Positions 1-9,595 are shown, numbered from the stretch's first letter. The stretch: 59,583 nt of DNA from a virus (IMGVR_UViG_3300049432_000036:1-59583); one strand, 5' to 3'. The notes: generated by a model not told the origin, from the letters alone. Made by a program: numbers and translations.

Positions 1-127
1 AGACCGCCGCGCCGGTCCCCGCGTCCCTGGCTAGCTCCAACGAAGCGTTCTGAGAGGAACTGAAATGCGATTCATCACCAAGGCGAAGTACGCACTCATG
101 ATCGTGGCCGTAACGGCCAGCATGGGT
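1..127. repeat. 127-bp terminal direct repeat (copy 1), assembly circularisation overlap
   Basis: Identical to 59457-59583; cuts through genes; length equals a common assembler k-mer. Confidence 0.95.
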
Positions 128-466
128 GCGACGAAGGACTGCGGCGGAAAGGCCGCCGGAGCCAGTTATGCTGGAGACGGCGTGACCATGTTCGTCGGAG
201 CTGACAACCGGGCCTGCTCCGGAAACACAAAGTGGTGTTCTGAGGAAGGGAACGGCAAGCTTCGGTTCGGGAAGACCTACACGGCCGAAGCTGTCGGGTC
301 GCTGAAGGAGTTCCCGGACTGCGAGTGGTCGGTGTACACGATCAACGCGAGTGGCCGGGTCCGCGTGCAAGGGAAGGGCACGGGGCGCAAGGCCAAGATC
401 AAGGTCGACCGGCCGGAGACGGTGCACGTGTTCCTCAAGTCCGAAGACTGCGGGCTGTGGAAATGA
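65..466 (+). CDS. Hypothetical secreted/lipoprotein-like protein
   Basis: RBS GAGG; basic N-terminus, hydrophobic stretch, then Cys; Cys-containing beta-rich body. Confidence 0.75.
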   Translation: MRFITKAKYALMIVAVTASMGATKDCGGKAAGASYAGDGVTMFVGADNRACSGNTKWCSEEGNGKLRFGKTYTAEAVGSLKEFPDCEWSVYTINASGRVRVQGKGTGRKAKIKVDRPETVHVFLKSEDCGLWK

Positions 467-765
467 AACCGGCCGTCCGTAGCGTCGAAGAGATCGTGAC
501 CATTCGGCTCGATCTCCGGGGTGACGGTGAGTTTCCGGTCGCTGGTGCCCCGAAGCACAAGGTGGTAGAGGTGGCGTGGCTGACGAAGTCCACCAGCTCG
601 CACCCCATCCAGGCGACTCTGAAGCCGTCCCTGCGAGTCAAGTGCTGGCTGACCTGGGCCGAACTCCCCGATGAGGTCCAGACAGCGCTGATGCTCGCGG
701 CTCAGCGCGGCGATATCCCGGACGTGGAGAGCTGGTCCAGGGCCCAACGAAAGTCACGAGCCTGA
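463..765 (+). CDS. Hypothetical protein
   Basis: ATGA overlap with upstream stop; starts MKPAVRSVEE. Confidence 0.7.
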   Translation: MKPAVRSVEEIVTIRLDLRGDGEFPVAGAPKHKVVEVAWLTKSTSSHPIQATLKPSLRVKCWLTWAELPDEVQTALMLAAQRGDIPDVESWSRAQRKSRA

Positions 766-781
766 CCGAAGGGTAAGGATG

Positions 782-810
782 GCCGCCCCTCTCCACCAGG
801 GGCGGCTTTT
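782..810 (+). terminator. Intrinsic terminator
   Basis: GCCGCCCCT/AGGGGCGGC stem followed by TTTT. Confidence 0.75.
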
Positions 811-868
811 CCTGGCCAATCGGCCGTACACTGGGTGCGCTGTCACCCTGACAGGAAGGCGGTCTGCT

Positions 869-1912
869 ATGACCGAAGAGAAGATCCTCACCCGAGTTCG
901 GAATCTCCTGAACAAGGCCAACCAGACGGAGTTCCCCGAGGAGAGGGATGCGCTCATTGCGAAGGCCGATGAGCTTATGATCAAGCACACCATCGACGAA
1001 GCCATGCTGATGGCGACGATGTCGAAGAACGACCGACGCAAGCCGGTCAAGGAGCACTTCACCGCAGCCGACGCGAACGCGCCGCACTGGGAGAAGTTCC
1101 GCACGGTCCTGCGTCACATCGCGACCCTTCACCACTGTCGCATCGTGTTCCACTACGCCGGTGATTGCACCCTGTTCGGCTTCCACGAGGATGTCGAGTA
1201 CGTCAAGATGAAGTGGCTCAACGTCTATCTTCACTTCAGCCGGACGATCAACCCGCGTTGGGACACGTCCCTGTCGGCCGGAGAGAACGCCTACAACTTC
1301 CACCGCGCCGGTACGGCCTGGACGGATGTCGAGGGAGTTTGCATCAACGCCGGTCAGAAGCTAAACGTCAAGCAGCTCCGGTCGGCCTACCGCGCCCACT
1401 GCGCAGCGATCGGCGAAGAGCCGAAGCGTATGACCCAGTCGAACTTCTACTACAAGGAGGCGTTCGCCGAAGCCTTCCGTATGCGCATCTGTGCTCGCAT
1501 CATGGACCTGATAGGGTCTCGCGACTCGCAGACCGCCGAAGCCGGAGCGCTGGTTGCGGTGAAGGATCTCCGGAGCCAGGTCGATGACCTGTTCTATGAG
1601 ACGTACCCGAACCGCCGCCCGATGACCCCGGAACAGGTCGCTGAGCTGGAGCGGCTGAACGCGGAAGCCGAAGAGGCACTGCAGCGTCGCCTGGAGGCGA
1701 TGTCTCCGGCACAGCGCCGGGAGTACGACGCGGAGCAAGAGCGCCGACACCGCGAGCGCGAGAAGGACAACGCCCATTACTGGCGGAACCAGGAGCGCAT
1801 CGAGAGCCGTCTCAACCGATCCGGCGGGGCGCGCAGCGGCCGGGTATCGGCCGATCAGGTCGACCTGTCCCGTACCGAGTCCGTGAACAACGCGGGCCGG
1901 AAGGAGTTGTGA
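869..1912 (+). CDS. DUF2786-domain protein
   Basis: N-terminal KILTRVRNLLNKA..FPEERDALIAKADELMIKH matches DUF2786 pattern; RBS AGGAAGG. Confidence 0.75.
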   Translation: MTEEKILTRVRNLLNKANQTEFPEERDALIAKADELMIKHTIDEAMLMATMSKNDRRKPVKEHFTAADANAPHWEKFRTVLRHIATLHHCRIVFHYAGDCTLFGFHEDVEYVKMKWLNVYLHFSRTINPRWDTSLSAGENAYNFHRAGTAWTDVEGVCINAGQKLNVKQLRSAYRAHCAAIGEEPKRMTQSNFYYKEAFAEAFRMRICARIMDLIGSRDSQTAEAGALVAVKDLRSQVDDLFYETYPNRRPMTPEQVAELERLNAEAEEALQRRLEAMSPAQRREYDAEQERRHREREKDNAHYWRNQERIESRLNRSGGARSGRVSADQVDLSRTESVNNAGRKEL

Positions 1913-2556
1913 TGTTGGCAGCCGTATGTGGGTCCTGTACCGGACACCACGACACAATTGATGAATACCGCGTCTGTGCCGGAGTCGGCGTGGCGAGGTC
2001 GGAGTCTGAGGTCATGGACCGGGTCTCTGGTACGACGACCACGATCAACCCGCCGTCCGATCGCCAGGTCAAGTACGCGCTGGACCTCTTGGAGTCAAGG
2101 GTTTGGCCGGACGGGTTCTCTGATGAGGACTTGCGAGGGATGGAACGGCGCGTCGTCTCGGATCTGATCGACCGCTTGCACAAGGCACCTCGGCGTCCTA
2201 GCGATCGGCAAGTAGGGGCCACTGGCTTCAAAAAGGACGAGTTCGCCGACGTGCCCAACGGCCGGTACGCCTTGAACTACGAGGACGAGGGCTGGAAGTT
2301 CTTCCAGGTCCACCAGGGCGTCAAGATTGCCTTCCTGGATCTCCTGATTGGTTCGCCCGGCTCCTACCGGAAGCAGAGCATGCGCGGTGCGCCCCGGGTC
2401 AAGATCCTTGAACGGATCCAGGAAGACCCGCGATCGGCTTCCGTCAACTTCGGGATCCAGAGCGGGACGTGCGGTATCTGTTCGTCGCCGTTGACCAACG
2501 AGGAATCCCTCAAGCTGGGTATCGGCCCGGTATGCCGCGCGAAGATGGGGTGGTGA
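1912..2556 (+). CDS. DUF6011-type Zn-finger protein
   Basis: C-terminal CGICSSPLTNEESLKLGIGPVC. Confidence 0.75.
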   Translation: MLAAVCGSCTGHHDTIDEYRVCAGVGVARSESEVMDRVSGTTTTINPPSDRQVKYALDLLESRVWPDGFSDEDLRGMERRVVSDLIDRLHKAPRRPSDRQVGATGFKKDEFADVPNGRYALNYEDEGWKFFQVHQGVKIAFLDLLIGSPGSYRKQSMRGAPRVKILERIQEDPRSASVNFGIQSGTCGICSSPLTNEESLKLGIGPVCRAKMGW

Positions 2557-2557
2557 C

Positions 2558-2746
2558 ATGAGCAAGGAACGCTTGACATTGGACGAGTTGATCGCACAAC
2601 TCTGTCAGTTGCGGGAGGAGTCGTGGGCTTCCGCCCGGGACTTCGTGGCGGTCGAAATGCCGTTGTCAGATCTCACTTACATCGAGCGGGTTGAGCTGGT
2701 AGGCAGCCGCGCCTACATCGTCGCGGCGGAGGTAGATCGCACATGA
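2558..2746 (+). CDS. Hypothetical protein
   Basis: Tightly packed in operon. Confidence 0.65.
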   Translation: MSKERLTLDELIAQLCQLREESWASARDFVAVEMPLSDLTYIERVELVGSRAYIVAAEVDRT

Positions 2747-3648
2747 GGTACATCGCAACGACGACGAGGCGGGCCCATGTGGTGGTGAAGAGCTCGCCAT
2801 GTTCGATCGTGAACCAGAACGTTGACGCATGGAAGGGTCAGCGTTCCCTGAAGCCAGAGGACGTCATCGACAACTACAAGGACTGCGCGCGGTGCGACAC
2901 GCACAACCAGGCGCGGAAAGAGCTCACGAACCCGCAGCCGGAGCCGAAGCGCCGTTCTAACGTCGTGAAGCTGGTGACGAAGGACAGCGTACCGGTCGCC
3001 GATGAACGTACGACGAAGAAGGCACAGGAACACGCCGACCTCGCTCGGGAGTACGGATGGGAAGTCAAGATCACGTCGAACGTCCGGCGCGGCCTAACGG
3101 TCATCGCCTCGAAGGGCGACGAGATTTGCGTCCTGGCATATCGCGAGAATGGCGTCCTTTGGAATGATGAAATCCGTTTCAAGGTTCCTGGTAGATCTGT
3201 TCCTATGCATAACTCGGGAACCTGGCGTCGTCAAGTGTCCCTCCCGGAGGGCAAACGACCCATCCCGGCGCGACCGAAGCGATTCGGGAACAAGAGGCCT
3301 GCCGGACCCATCAGTTCATCTGAGTCTGCAAATTCCGAGGAAACTGAGGATGAAAATACCGCTGAGGTAATCCCGCTGAATTCATCCTCGCTTCCTTTCC
3401 TGAAGGACGACGAAGACGCGATCATCGCCGACGCGATCAAAGGCCAGGTCCTCTACTGGCGGAACAACATGATGGCGAAGGTCGTCAGCGCCCGCGTTCC
3501 GACGAAGGCGCGGATGATCCGCTTCAGCTACACGAAGCATGGTCGCCGGTTCGTGAGCTTCCCCGAGACGGAGTTCACGAAGGATGGCGAGATCTGGGGT
3601 GCAGAGCGCTCCGTGGCCATCGAGGACATGCTGCGGGTGAGGGCGTAG
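2743..3648 (+). CDS. Hypothetical protein
   Basis: 301-aa ORF, ATGA overlap, GGAGG RBS. Confidence 0.75.
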   Translation: MRYIATTTRRAHVVVKSSPCSIVNQNVDAWKGQRSLKPEDVIDNYKDCARCDTHNQARKELTNPQPEPKRRSNVVKLVTKDSVPVADERTTKKAQEHADLAREYGWEVKITSNVRRGLTVIASKGDEICVLAYRENGVLWNDEIRFKVPGRSVPMHNSGTWRRQVSLPEGKRPIPARPKRFGNKRPAGPISSSESANSEETEDENTAEVIPLNSSSLPFLKDDEDAIIADAIKGQVLYWRNNMMAKVVSARVPTKARMIRFSYTKHGRRFVSFPETEFTKDGEIWGAERSVAIEDMLRVRA

Positions 3649-3696
3649 CGAGAACCCATCGCCGCGCTGGCTACGCGTGGCCAGGATACGTGAAGA

Positions 3697-3730
3697 GATG
3701 CGGGCCTGGGTCCTACCCTGGGTCCGCATC
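3697..3730 (+). terminator. Intergenic stem-loop (terminator/stabiliser)
   Basis: GATGCGGGCCTGGG pairs with CCTGGGTCCGCATC (with G-U pairs). Confidence 0.55.
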
Positions 3731-3761
3731 CCCAAGCCATTAGAAGCCAAGGAGGCCGACC

Positions 3762-5699
3762 GTGAAGGTGGTAGTGGAGAAGATCGGTAACCGCATCCAC
3801 CTGCGGTCGCCGTTCGAGTACAAGGACCGGGCCAAGGGACTGCCCGGCGCAAGGTGGTCGAAGAGCTCGAAGTCATGGACATATGCATGCGACCTTGAGA
3901 TCTGCCGAATGATGCGGGAAGAGTTCCGCGAGGAATTGGAGATTGGCCCTGAGTTGTTTGCATGGGCCCAAAATGAAGTCTCCCGCGAGCGCGCGGCTAC
4001 GACAATGCTCCGGGCAACAGGGGTCTCCTATGATGCGAAAAGTGTTGTTGTCCCTACGCGCGTAGAACGACTAACACCTAAAATCGCTTGGGGGTTCAGA
4101 GGTAAACCGTACCAAGTCCCGGGCGCGCGCTTCCTCGCGTACGCGAGGCAAGCACTGATTGCAGATGAACCGGGAATGGGTAAGACCATTCAAACTCTGG
4201 CCGCATTAGTGGAGAACCTTACCGAGGGCGGACGGGTGCTCGTGCTCGCTCCGAAGACCTCGGTGACCGCAGTTTGGCGGGAAGAGCTCCGCAAGTGGCT
4301 GGAGGGATTTGAGCACAGTGTCACGGTCCTCTCCGGCCTGACTCCGGCGAAAACCCAGGAACGGCTGGAGGAGTACGACGCCTTGCCGGACGACGGACGC
4401 TTGCATTTCCTCTTGGCCAACGCCGAGATTGTCCGCATCAAGTCCACCATGACCTGTACCCGCGTCGGCAGCGAGAAGGGCTGCGACGGAACGTACGAGT
4501 GGTGCGAGTTCGCCGACAAGCACAAAGGCGCGGTCGAGCCACGTCTGCCACAACTCTTCAAGCGGCAGTGGGACGCGATCGTGGCCGACGAAACCCACAA
4601 GTGGCTGATCAACACGAGGGGCAAGAAGGCGTCCCAGGTCGGCCGGGGATTCGTCGCGCTGAAGACCGTTGATGACGGCCTGCGGTACGCGCTGACCGGC
4701 ACACCCTACAAGGGCAAGAAGCACAACCTGTGGGGCACGCTCAACTGGCTCCGTCCGAAGGTCTACACCAGTAAGTGGAACTGGATCGAGCGGTATTTCG
4801 AGGTCCAGAAGACCGACTACAGCCGGGTGATCGGTGACATCATTCCGGAACGCGAGGAATCGCTCATGCGCAGCTTGGACGCGCTGTGTCTCCGGCGTAC
4901 CAAAGCTGAGATCAGGAAGATCAACCCCGACTGGATGCCGCCGGAGAAGATCTACCACCAGGTCAAGGTGCCGATGGATCCCAAGCAGGCCAAGGCGTAC
5001 AAGTCCATCACCCGGGACGCGGAGGTGAAGCTCAAGGGCGGAACCCTCACCGCCCTGGGCGTTCTCGCAGAGTTCACCCGGCTCAAGCAGTTCGCGTCCT
5101 GCTACGGCTACATCAACGACCGGGGCGAGTTCATGCCCAGCCTGCCATCTGGGAAGTTCGACTGGCTGTTGGAGTTCCTGGAGGAACGCGGCATCGAGAC
5201 CAAATCTGGGACGGCCAAGTATGGCGACCTGAGCGAGGAAGTTCACAAGGTGGTGATCGCCTCCCAGTTCACGAAGAACATCAATCTCTGGGCCGCTGAG
5301 TTGGTAGCGCGTGGCATCCCCTGCTACGTCCTGACCGGCCAGACCTCCGAAGGGAAACGGTCCGAGCTCGTCCGCCGGTTCCAGACCGACGACCGGCCGC
5401 GAGTCTTCCTCATCAACACGATGGCTGGTGGTGTATCGATCACCTTGGACGCAGCCGACGACGTTGTGATCATGGATGAGACGTGGATCCCGGATGACCA
5501 GTTGCAGGTTGAAGACCGGGCGCACCGCGCGTCGAACGTCAAGCACCAAGTTCATATCTGGTACGTACGTGCCGAAGACACGATCGAGGAGATGATTGCA
5601 GAGGCCAACTTTGCCAAGGCTGAAAGCAACTTTGTGATGCTCGACAAGAGGCGAGGTCTAGAGTTCGCCTCTGCGCAGTATGGGATTGACCCCAAGTAG
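3762..5699 (+). CDS. SNF2/SF2 DNA helicase
   Basis: ADEPGMGKT (motif I), VADETH (II), LTGTP (III), QVEDRAHR (VI). Confidence 0.92.
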   Translation: MKVVVEKIGNRIHLRSPFEYKDRAKGLPGARWSKSSKSWTYACDLEICRMMREEFREELEIGPELFAWAQNEVSRERAATTMLRATGVSYDAKSVVVPTRVERLTPKIAWGFRGKPYQVPGARFLAYARQALIADEPGMGKTIQTLAALVENLTEGGRVLVLAPKTSVTAVWREELRKWLEGFEHSVTVLSGLTPAKTQERLEEYDALPDDGRLHFLLANAEIVRIKSTMTCTRVGSEKGCDGTYEWCEFADKHKGAVEPRLPQLFKRQWDAIVADETHKWLINTRGKKASQVGRGFVALKTVDDGLRYALTGTPYKGKKHNLWGTLNWLRPKVYTSKWNWIERYFEVQKTDYSRVIGDIIPEREESLMRSLDALCLRRTKAEIRKINPDWMPPEKIYHQVKVPMDPKQAKAYKSITRDAEVKLKGGTLTALGVLAEFTRLKQFASCYGYINDRGEFMPSLPSGKFDWLLEFLEERGIETKSGTAKYGDLSEEVHKVVIASQFTKNINLWAAELVARGIPCYVLTGQTSEGKRSELVRRFQTDDRPRVFLINTMAGGVSITLDAADDVVIMDETWIPDDQLQVEDRAHRASNVKHQVHIWYVRAEDTIEEMIAEANFAKAESNFVMLDKRRGLEFASAQYGIDPK

Positions 5700-5702
5700 A
5701 GT

Positions 5703-5738
5703 GCGGCCCGTATCCCAGTGAGGTGGGATACGGGCCGT
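5703..5738 (+). terminator. Stem-loop after helicase
   Basis: 15-bp stem GCGGCCCGTATCCCA/TGGGATACGGGCCGT. Confidence 0.65.
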
Positions 5739-5776
5739 GCTGTGCGGGAGGTCCGCACTTACCCAGGAAGGGAATC

Positions 5777-6505
5777 ATGAACAAGATCACGAAGTTCCTC
5801 ACCATCACTCTGCTGCCCGCAGCCACGGTGCTCGTCGCCACCTCTCCGGCGTCGGCGGTCAACTCCGACACGGCCCGCGCTGCGGTCGTGGTCCAGCCGT
5901 CGCCCAACACGGTCGGTACCGGCGAGCTCAAGAACGGCGGCACGTTCGGCTGGGACATGGCGGACAACACCATCCCCTGGCTGAAGCTGGGCTCGCAGCT
6001 CCGTGGTGAGATCCGTGCGGCCCAGACGAAGTCCGATGCGGCGGCGGAGAAGGCGACGGCAGCGGAGAACAAGGCGGATGACGCGCTGGCCCGGCCGGAC
6101 AAGGGCGGAGCCCAGACGCTCTTCACCAAGGCCGGTACGACCATCGTGAACATTGGCGGCACCTTCTCCACGCGGCACACCGAGGTCGGCACGTTCACCA
6201 TGAAGAAGGGCACCTGGCTGACCAGCCTGCAGGCGAAGTTCAACCGCAAGACCGCTTCGCCCGCCGGTGACCCTGACGTTCAGCCGCAGCTCCAGCTCGT
6301 CTGCGACGGCCAGTACGTCACCATCATGGGCAACTCCATCTCCCCGGCGCTGGACGCGGACCTGACCGGTTCCGCCGTCAACATCATCACCGTCACGGCC
6401 GACACCACGTGCACCGTGAACACGTTCGGTTACAACAGCGTTCGCGGGCAGCAGGGGTCCGGTGAGATCACCGTCGACGCGCAGGTGATCGCTACCAACG
6501 CCTGA
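5777..6505 (+). CDS. Secreted protein with signal peptide
   Basis: MNKITKFLTITLLPAATVLVATSPASA (AxA cleavage site); RBS GGAAGG. Confidence 0.8.
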   Translation: MNKITKFLTITLLPAATVLVATSPASAVNSDTARAAVVVQPSPNTVGTGELKNGGTFGWDMADNTIPWLKLGSQLRGEIRAAQTKSDAAAEKATAAENKADDALARPDKGGAQTLFTKAGTTIVNIGGTFSTRHTEVGTFTMKKGTWLTSLQAKFNRKTASPAGDPDVQPQLQLVCDGQYVTIMGNSISPALDADLTGSAVNIITVTADTTCTVNTFGYNSVRGQQGSGEITVDAQVIATNA

Positions 6506-6521
6506 CCTACCCGTTTGTAGC

Positions 6522-6565
6522 CAGTGGCCCGCTCCTATTTCCCGGGGAGCGGGCCACTGCTGTTT
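6522..6565 (+). terminator. Intrinsic terminator
   Basis: 14-bp stem CAGTGGCCCGCTCC/GGAGCGGGCCACTG then CTGTTT. Confidence 0.75.
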
Positions 6566-6574
6566 GGAGGCAAT

Positions 6575-6868
6575 ATGGACATCTACCAAGATATGAATGA
6601 TTGGTGGGTCGGCTACTACCGTGGTGAGGATTACCACTATGTATGCCCCTTGCCAACGATCGTGATCCGCTGGGCGCGCAAGTCCATACATCCCCGGCCG
6701 GTTCCCTCGCCTAGTCGTCGGCTTCCCAAGGGTGTACGGCGCGGACAGCGTCCTGATGTTCGGCGTGTTGTTCTCCGGCCGGTCAATCTCGACCAGCCGC
6801 CATCCCGAGTTACCCAAGCGCTGTTCCGGCAGCGCCCAACGAGGAAGCTGGAAGAAGATGATGAGTAG
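6575..6868 (+). CDS. Hypothetical protein
   Basis: GGAGG RBS before ATG 6575. Confidence 0.55.
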   Translation: MDIYQDMNDWWVGYYRGEDYHYVCPLPTIVIRWARKSIHPRPVPSPSRRLPKGVRRGQRPDVRRVVLRPVNLDQPPSRVTQALFRQRPTRKLEEDDE

Positions 6869-7334
6869 ATGGAAGACCTTGAACCCGTTTGTCCTGTTCC
6901 CGATCCTGACTACCATCGCGGTGCTACTTGCCGCGTGGCTCTGGCAGCCTTCGGCGGTCGATGTCAGCCCGCTCGTGAAGCCGCCGATGATCGAGGTTGG
7001 GGTGGCCGTCCCCGAGACCATCGTGAGCGTGGGCCAGGGACAGGTCGTCGGGGATGAGGCGTTCTGGCATGGCTTCCGCCTTGACCGTGGCTGGCACTTG
7101 GCGGAGACTGGCGACTATGGCCGCTACACGCTTGTGGCTACGGTCTCCAACATCCAGGGTGAACCGGCGACAGCCCGAGTGCTCGTGCAAGTACGAGTTG
7201 CGGAGCGCGACATCGAGATGTTGTTGTGCAGGGTTACCTTGGAGGCTGGTGATTCCAAGCCGCTGATCTGCTCTGACACCAGCCATGCATCCTACACGTC
7301 GCGTTGGTCGCGCATCACGCTCAGTGCCGTCTGA
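6858..7334 (+). CDS. Membrane-anchored protein
   Basis: N-terminal TM helix FVLFPILTTIAVLLAAWLW followed by beta-rich domain. Confidence 0.7.
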   Translation: MMSRWKTLNPFVLFPILTTIAVLLAAWLWQPSAVDVSPLVKPPMIEVGVAVPETIVSVGQGQVVGDEAFWHGFRLDRGWHLAETGDYGRYTLVATVSNIQGEPATARVLVQVRVAERDIEMLLCRVTLEAGDSKPLICSDTSHASYTSRWSRITLSAV

Positions 7335-7672
7335 TGGTGAAACGCAGGGCACCTAGCGCTCGATGGAACCGGGAGCATCGTGACAAGATCCCGCACCGCA
7401 CCCGGCTGGCCGCAGCCTTCCATGCTTGGAAGATCAACACGTTCTTCCCGGATGGGAAGCGGGATCGAAAGCCGTACCCCTGCTGCTGGGGACCGGACTA
7501 CCACACTGGTGAGAATGCAAAGATACATTGGCATGTCGGTCGGCCGACTACCAATCACCAACGTGGCTATGACGGGCCGTGGCAGGGCTACTCGGCAGAG
7601 GAAATGAGCAAGCTCGTGTCTGGTGGCCAGAGGAGGCTGAATGGGATAAACACCAGAAACCCAAACCCGTAA
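7334..7672 (+). CDS. Hypothetical protein
   Basis: TGATG coupling to upstream gene. Confidence 0.55.
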   Translation: MVKRRAPSARWNREHRDKIPHRTRLAAAFHAWKINTFFPDGKRDRKPYPCCWGPDYHTGENAKIHWHVGRPTTNHQRGYDGPWQGYSAEEMSKLVSGGQRRLNGINTRNPNP

Positions 7673-7747
7673 CAAAGTTTGAAGTTTGCCTATCATCAAG
7701 TACGACGTTAAGTTCATCCCGGACAACAACAGGAAGGAGTCACCATC

Positions 7748-8221
7748 ATGGTGGCACGGAAGACGGCGGCGAAGAAGACCGCCGCCAGCAAGCGAGCGGC
7801 AGCGGCACCCGTGGAGGAGGTCGAGGAGACCACCCGGCGTGGGCGTACGCCGGACATGGGGAAGTACGAGCTGTTCGCGGAGTGGGCTGCCGAGGAGCAC
7901 GACTTCGAGGTGGACCCCGAGCAGGCGATGTTCGTCATGACCCACTACAAGGATTTCCAGGTCTCGGACGTCAACAAGCAGTACAACGAGGACAAGCGGG
8001 CGGCTGCGGAGCAGGCGAAGGCCGAACGGGCCAGCCGTCGTGCGGAGCGCGAGTCGGCCAGCGACGACGAGGACGTGGAGAAGCCGGTCCGGCGTACCGC
8101 CAAGAAGGCCAGCGCTGCAACGGCTTCCGCCCCGGCCAAGAAGGCTGCGGCCGCCAAGAAGGCCCCGGCGAAGAAGGCAACCGCCCGGCGTCGCCCGGCG
8201 GCGGCTCAGGAAGCATTCTGA
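7748..8221 (+). CDS. Ala/Lys-rich histone-like (putative DNA-binding) protein
   Basis: AAKK/PAKK repeats flanking a small folded core; AGGAAGGAG RBS. Confidence 0.75.
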   Translation: MVARKTAAKKTAASKRAAAAPVEEVEETTRRGRTPDMGKYELFAEWAAEEHDFEVDPEQAMFVMTHYKDFQVSDVNKQYNEDKRAAAEQAKAERASRRAERESASDDEDVEKPVRRTAKKASAATASAPAKKAAAAKKAPAKKATARRRPAAAQEAF

Positions 8222-8235
8222 CCCTGCCCCGGTAT

Positions 8236-8268
8236 CGCCCCGCTCTCACCTGACCGGAGAGCGGGGCG
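8236..8268 (+). terminator. Stem-loop after histone-like gene
   Basis: 12-bp stem CGCCCCGCTCTC/GAGAGCGGGGCG. Confidence 0.6.
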
Positions 8269-8300
8269 TATCCGTCCCAACCACTTGGAAGGAGCTTGGG

Positions 8301-9416
8301 ATGGCAACAAGGGCCAAGACCCCAGAACCCGCTGTGGTTCACATCCGGACCTCGGAACGCAAGCACTTCCACCGTTGTGTGCTCCGGTGGAAGTGGACCA
8401 TCTTGGATGGGCTCGTGACGAAAGACCCGAGTCACGCGCTGTGGTTCGGCTCCGGCATCCACGAGGCGCTTGCTCACTACTATGCACCAGGGCTCAAGCG
8501 GAACAAGGATTTCGTGGAGGTCTGGGAAGCCTGGTGCGACGACGGCTCCGGCGACGGGCAGTACCAGAAGGTCTCCGACCTGGGCGACAAGTTCGTGGAG
8601 TCTCGTGAGCTCGGCATCGCGATGCTGCGAGGACACTTCGAGCGCTGGGGTGAGTATGACAAGAAGCTTGACTTCATCCAGTCGGAGATGCCGTTCCAGG
8701 TGATGATCCCGCTGGACGACGGAACCAAGATCGAGTATGACGGAACGTTCGACGGCGTGTTCATCGACAAGAACGACCGCAACAAGATCAAGCTTCTGGA
8801 GAACAAGACGGCGAAGGCCATTCAGGTCTCGCACCTCTCGCTGGACCCGCAGGCAGGGGCGTACTGGGCGATTGCCTACACGATCCTCAAGAAGCGTGGC
8901 GTGCTGAAGGACAACCAGAACATCTCCGGGATCATGTACAACTTCCTGCGGAAGTCGATGCCGGATGGGAAGACCCGCAACAAGAACGGACACGTCACCA
9001 ACAAGCCGACCAAGGCGCAGTACGTTGCGCAGCTGATGAAGAACGCCCAAGACGAGTTCCGGCTGTCGCGCCTGAAGATCGAGGACCTTGCAAAGGTTGC
9101 CGAGGAACGCGGCATCGAGGTCTACGGCGATGTGTCGAAGGTCCAGCCGTCTCCGCTGTTCGTTCGTGAGTTCGTGAAGCGGACTGCGCGCGAGCGGACG
9201 TCCGAGATCCAGGGCATCAAGAACGACGCGTTGCACATGAACGCTGTCCGCAACGGTCTCCTCCCGGTGACGAAGAACCCGACTCAGGACTGCTCGTGGG
9301 ATTGCAGCTTCTTCCAGATGTGCGAGCTCTACCAGCAGCAGTCGGACTGGGAACAGTTCCGGGATGCCGTGTTTGTCGTCAGGGATCCATACGAGGACCA
9401 TCGGAAGGTGGCGTGA
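8301..9416 (+). CDS. Cas4/RecB-like PD-(D/E)XK exonuclease
   Basis: N-terminal RTSERKHFHRC, WFGSGIHEAL, GTFDG..ENKT, C-terminal C-x3-C-x5-C. Confidence 0.85.
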   Translation: MATRAKTPEPAVVHIRTSERKHFHRCVLRWKWTILDGLVTKDPSHALWFGSGIHEALAHYYAPGLKRNKDFVEVWEAWCDDGSGDGQYQKVSDLGDKFVESRELGIAMLRGHFERWGEYDKKLDFIQSEMPFQVMIPLDDGTKIEYDGTFDGVFIDKNDRNKIKLLENKTAKAIQVSHLSLDPQAGAYWAIAYTILKKRGVLKDNQNISGIMYNFLRKSMPDGKTRNKNGHVTNKPTKAQYVAQLMKNAQDEFRLSRLKIEDLAKVAEERGIEVYGDVSKVQPSPLFVREFVKRTARERTSEIQGIKNDALHMNAVRNGLLPVTKNPTQDCSWDCSFFQMCELYQQQSDWEQFRDAVFVVRDPYEDHRKVA

Positions 9417-9595
9417 GGCCCCTGAAGGACGCGGGCCTGGCAGAGGTACACGCCCTGCGTCGCAGAACCAGGAGACAGCTTGCTATGGCCCGCATCGGCA
9501 AGGCTGACTTCGAGTACATCGATAGGCGTCTCGATGAGATTGAGGCGCGTATCGTGTCCATGCAAGAGTTCGATGAGTACGGAAAGGAGGCATGA
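9413..9595 (+). CDS. Hypothetical protein
   Basis: GTGA overlap; fills gap to ATPase. Confidence 0.65.
   Translation: MRPLKDAGLAEVHALRRRTRRQLAMARIGKADFEYIDRRLDEIEARIVSMQEFDEYGKEA

Noticed and set aside
1-127. Terminal repeat as a biological DTR
   Set aside because: Exactly 127 nt and cuts through coding genes; typical assembler overlap of a circular contig
8301-9416. CRISPR-Cas locus suggested by the Cas4-like nuclease
   Set aside because: No repeat-spacer array or other cas genes seen; context is a phage recombination module
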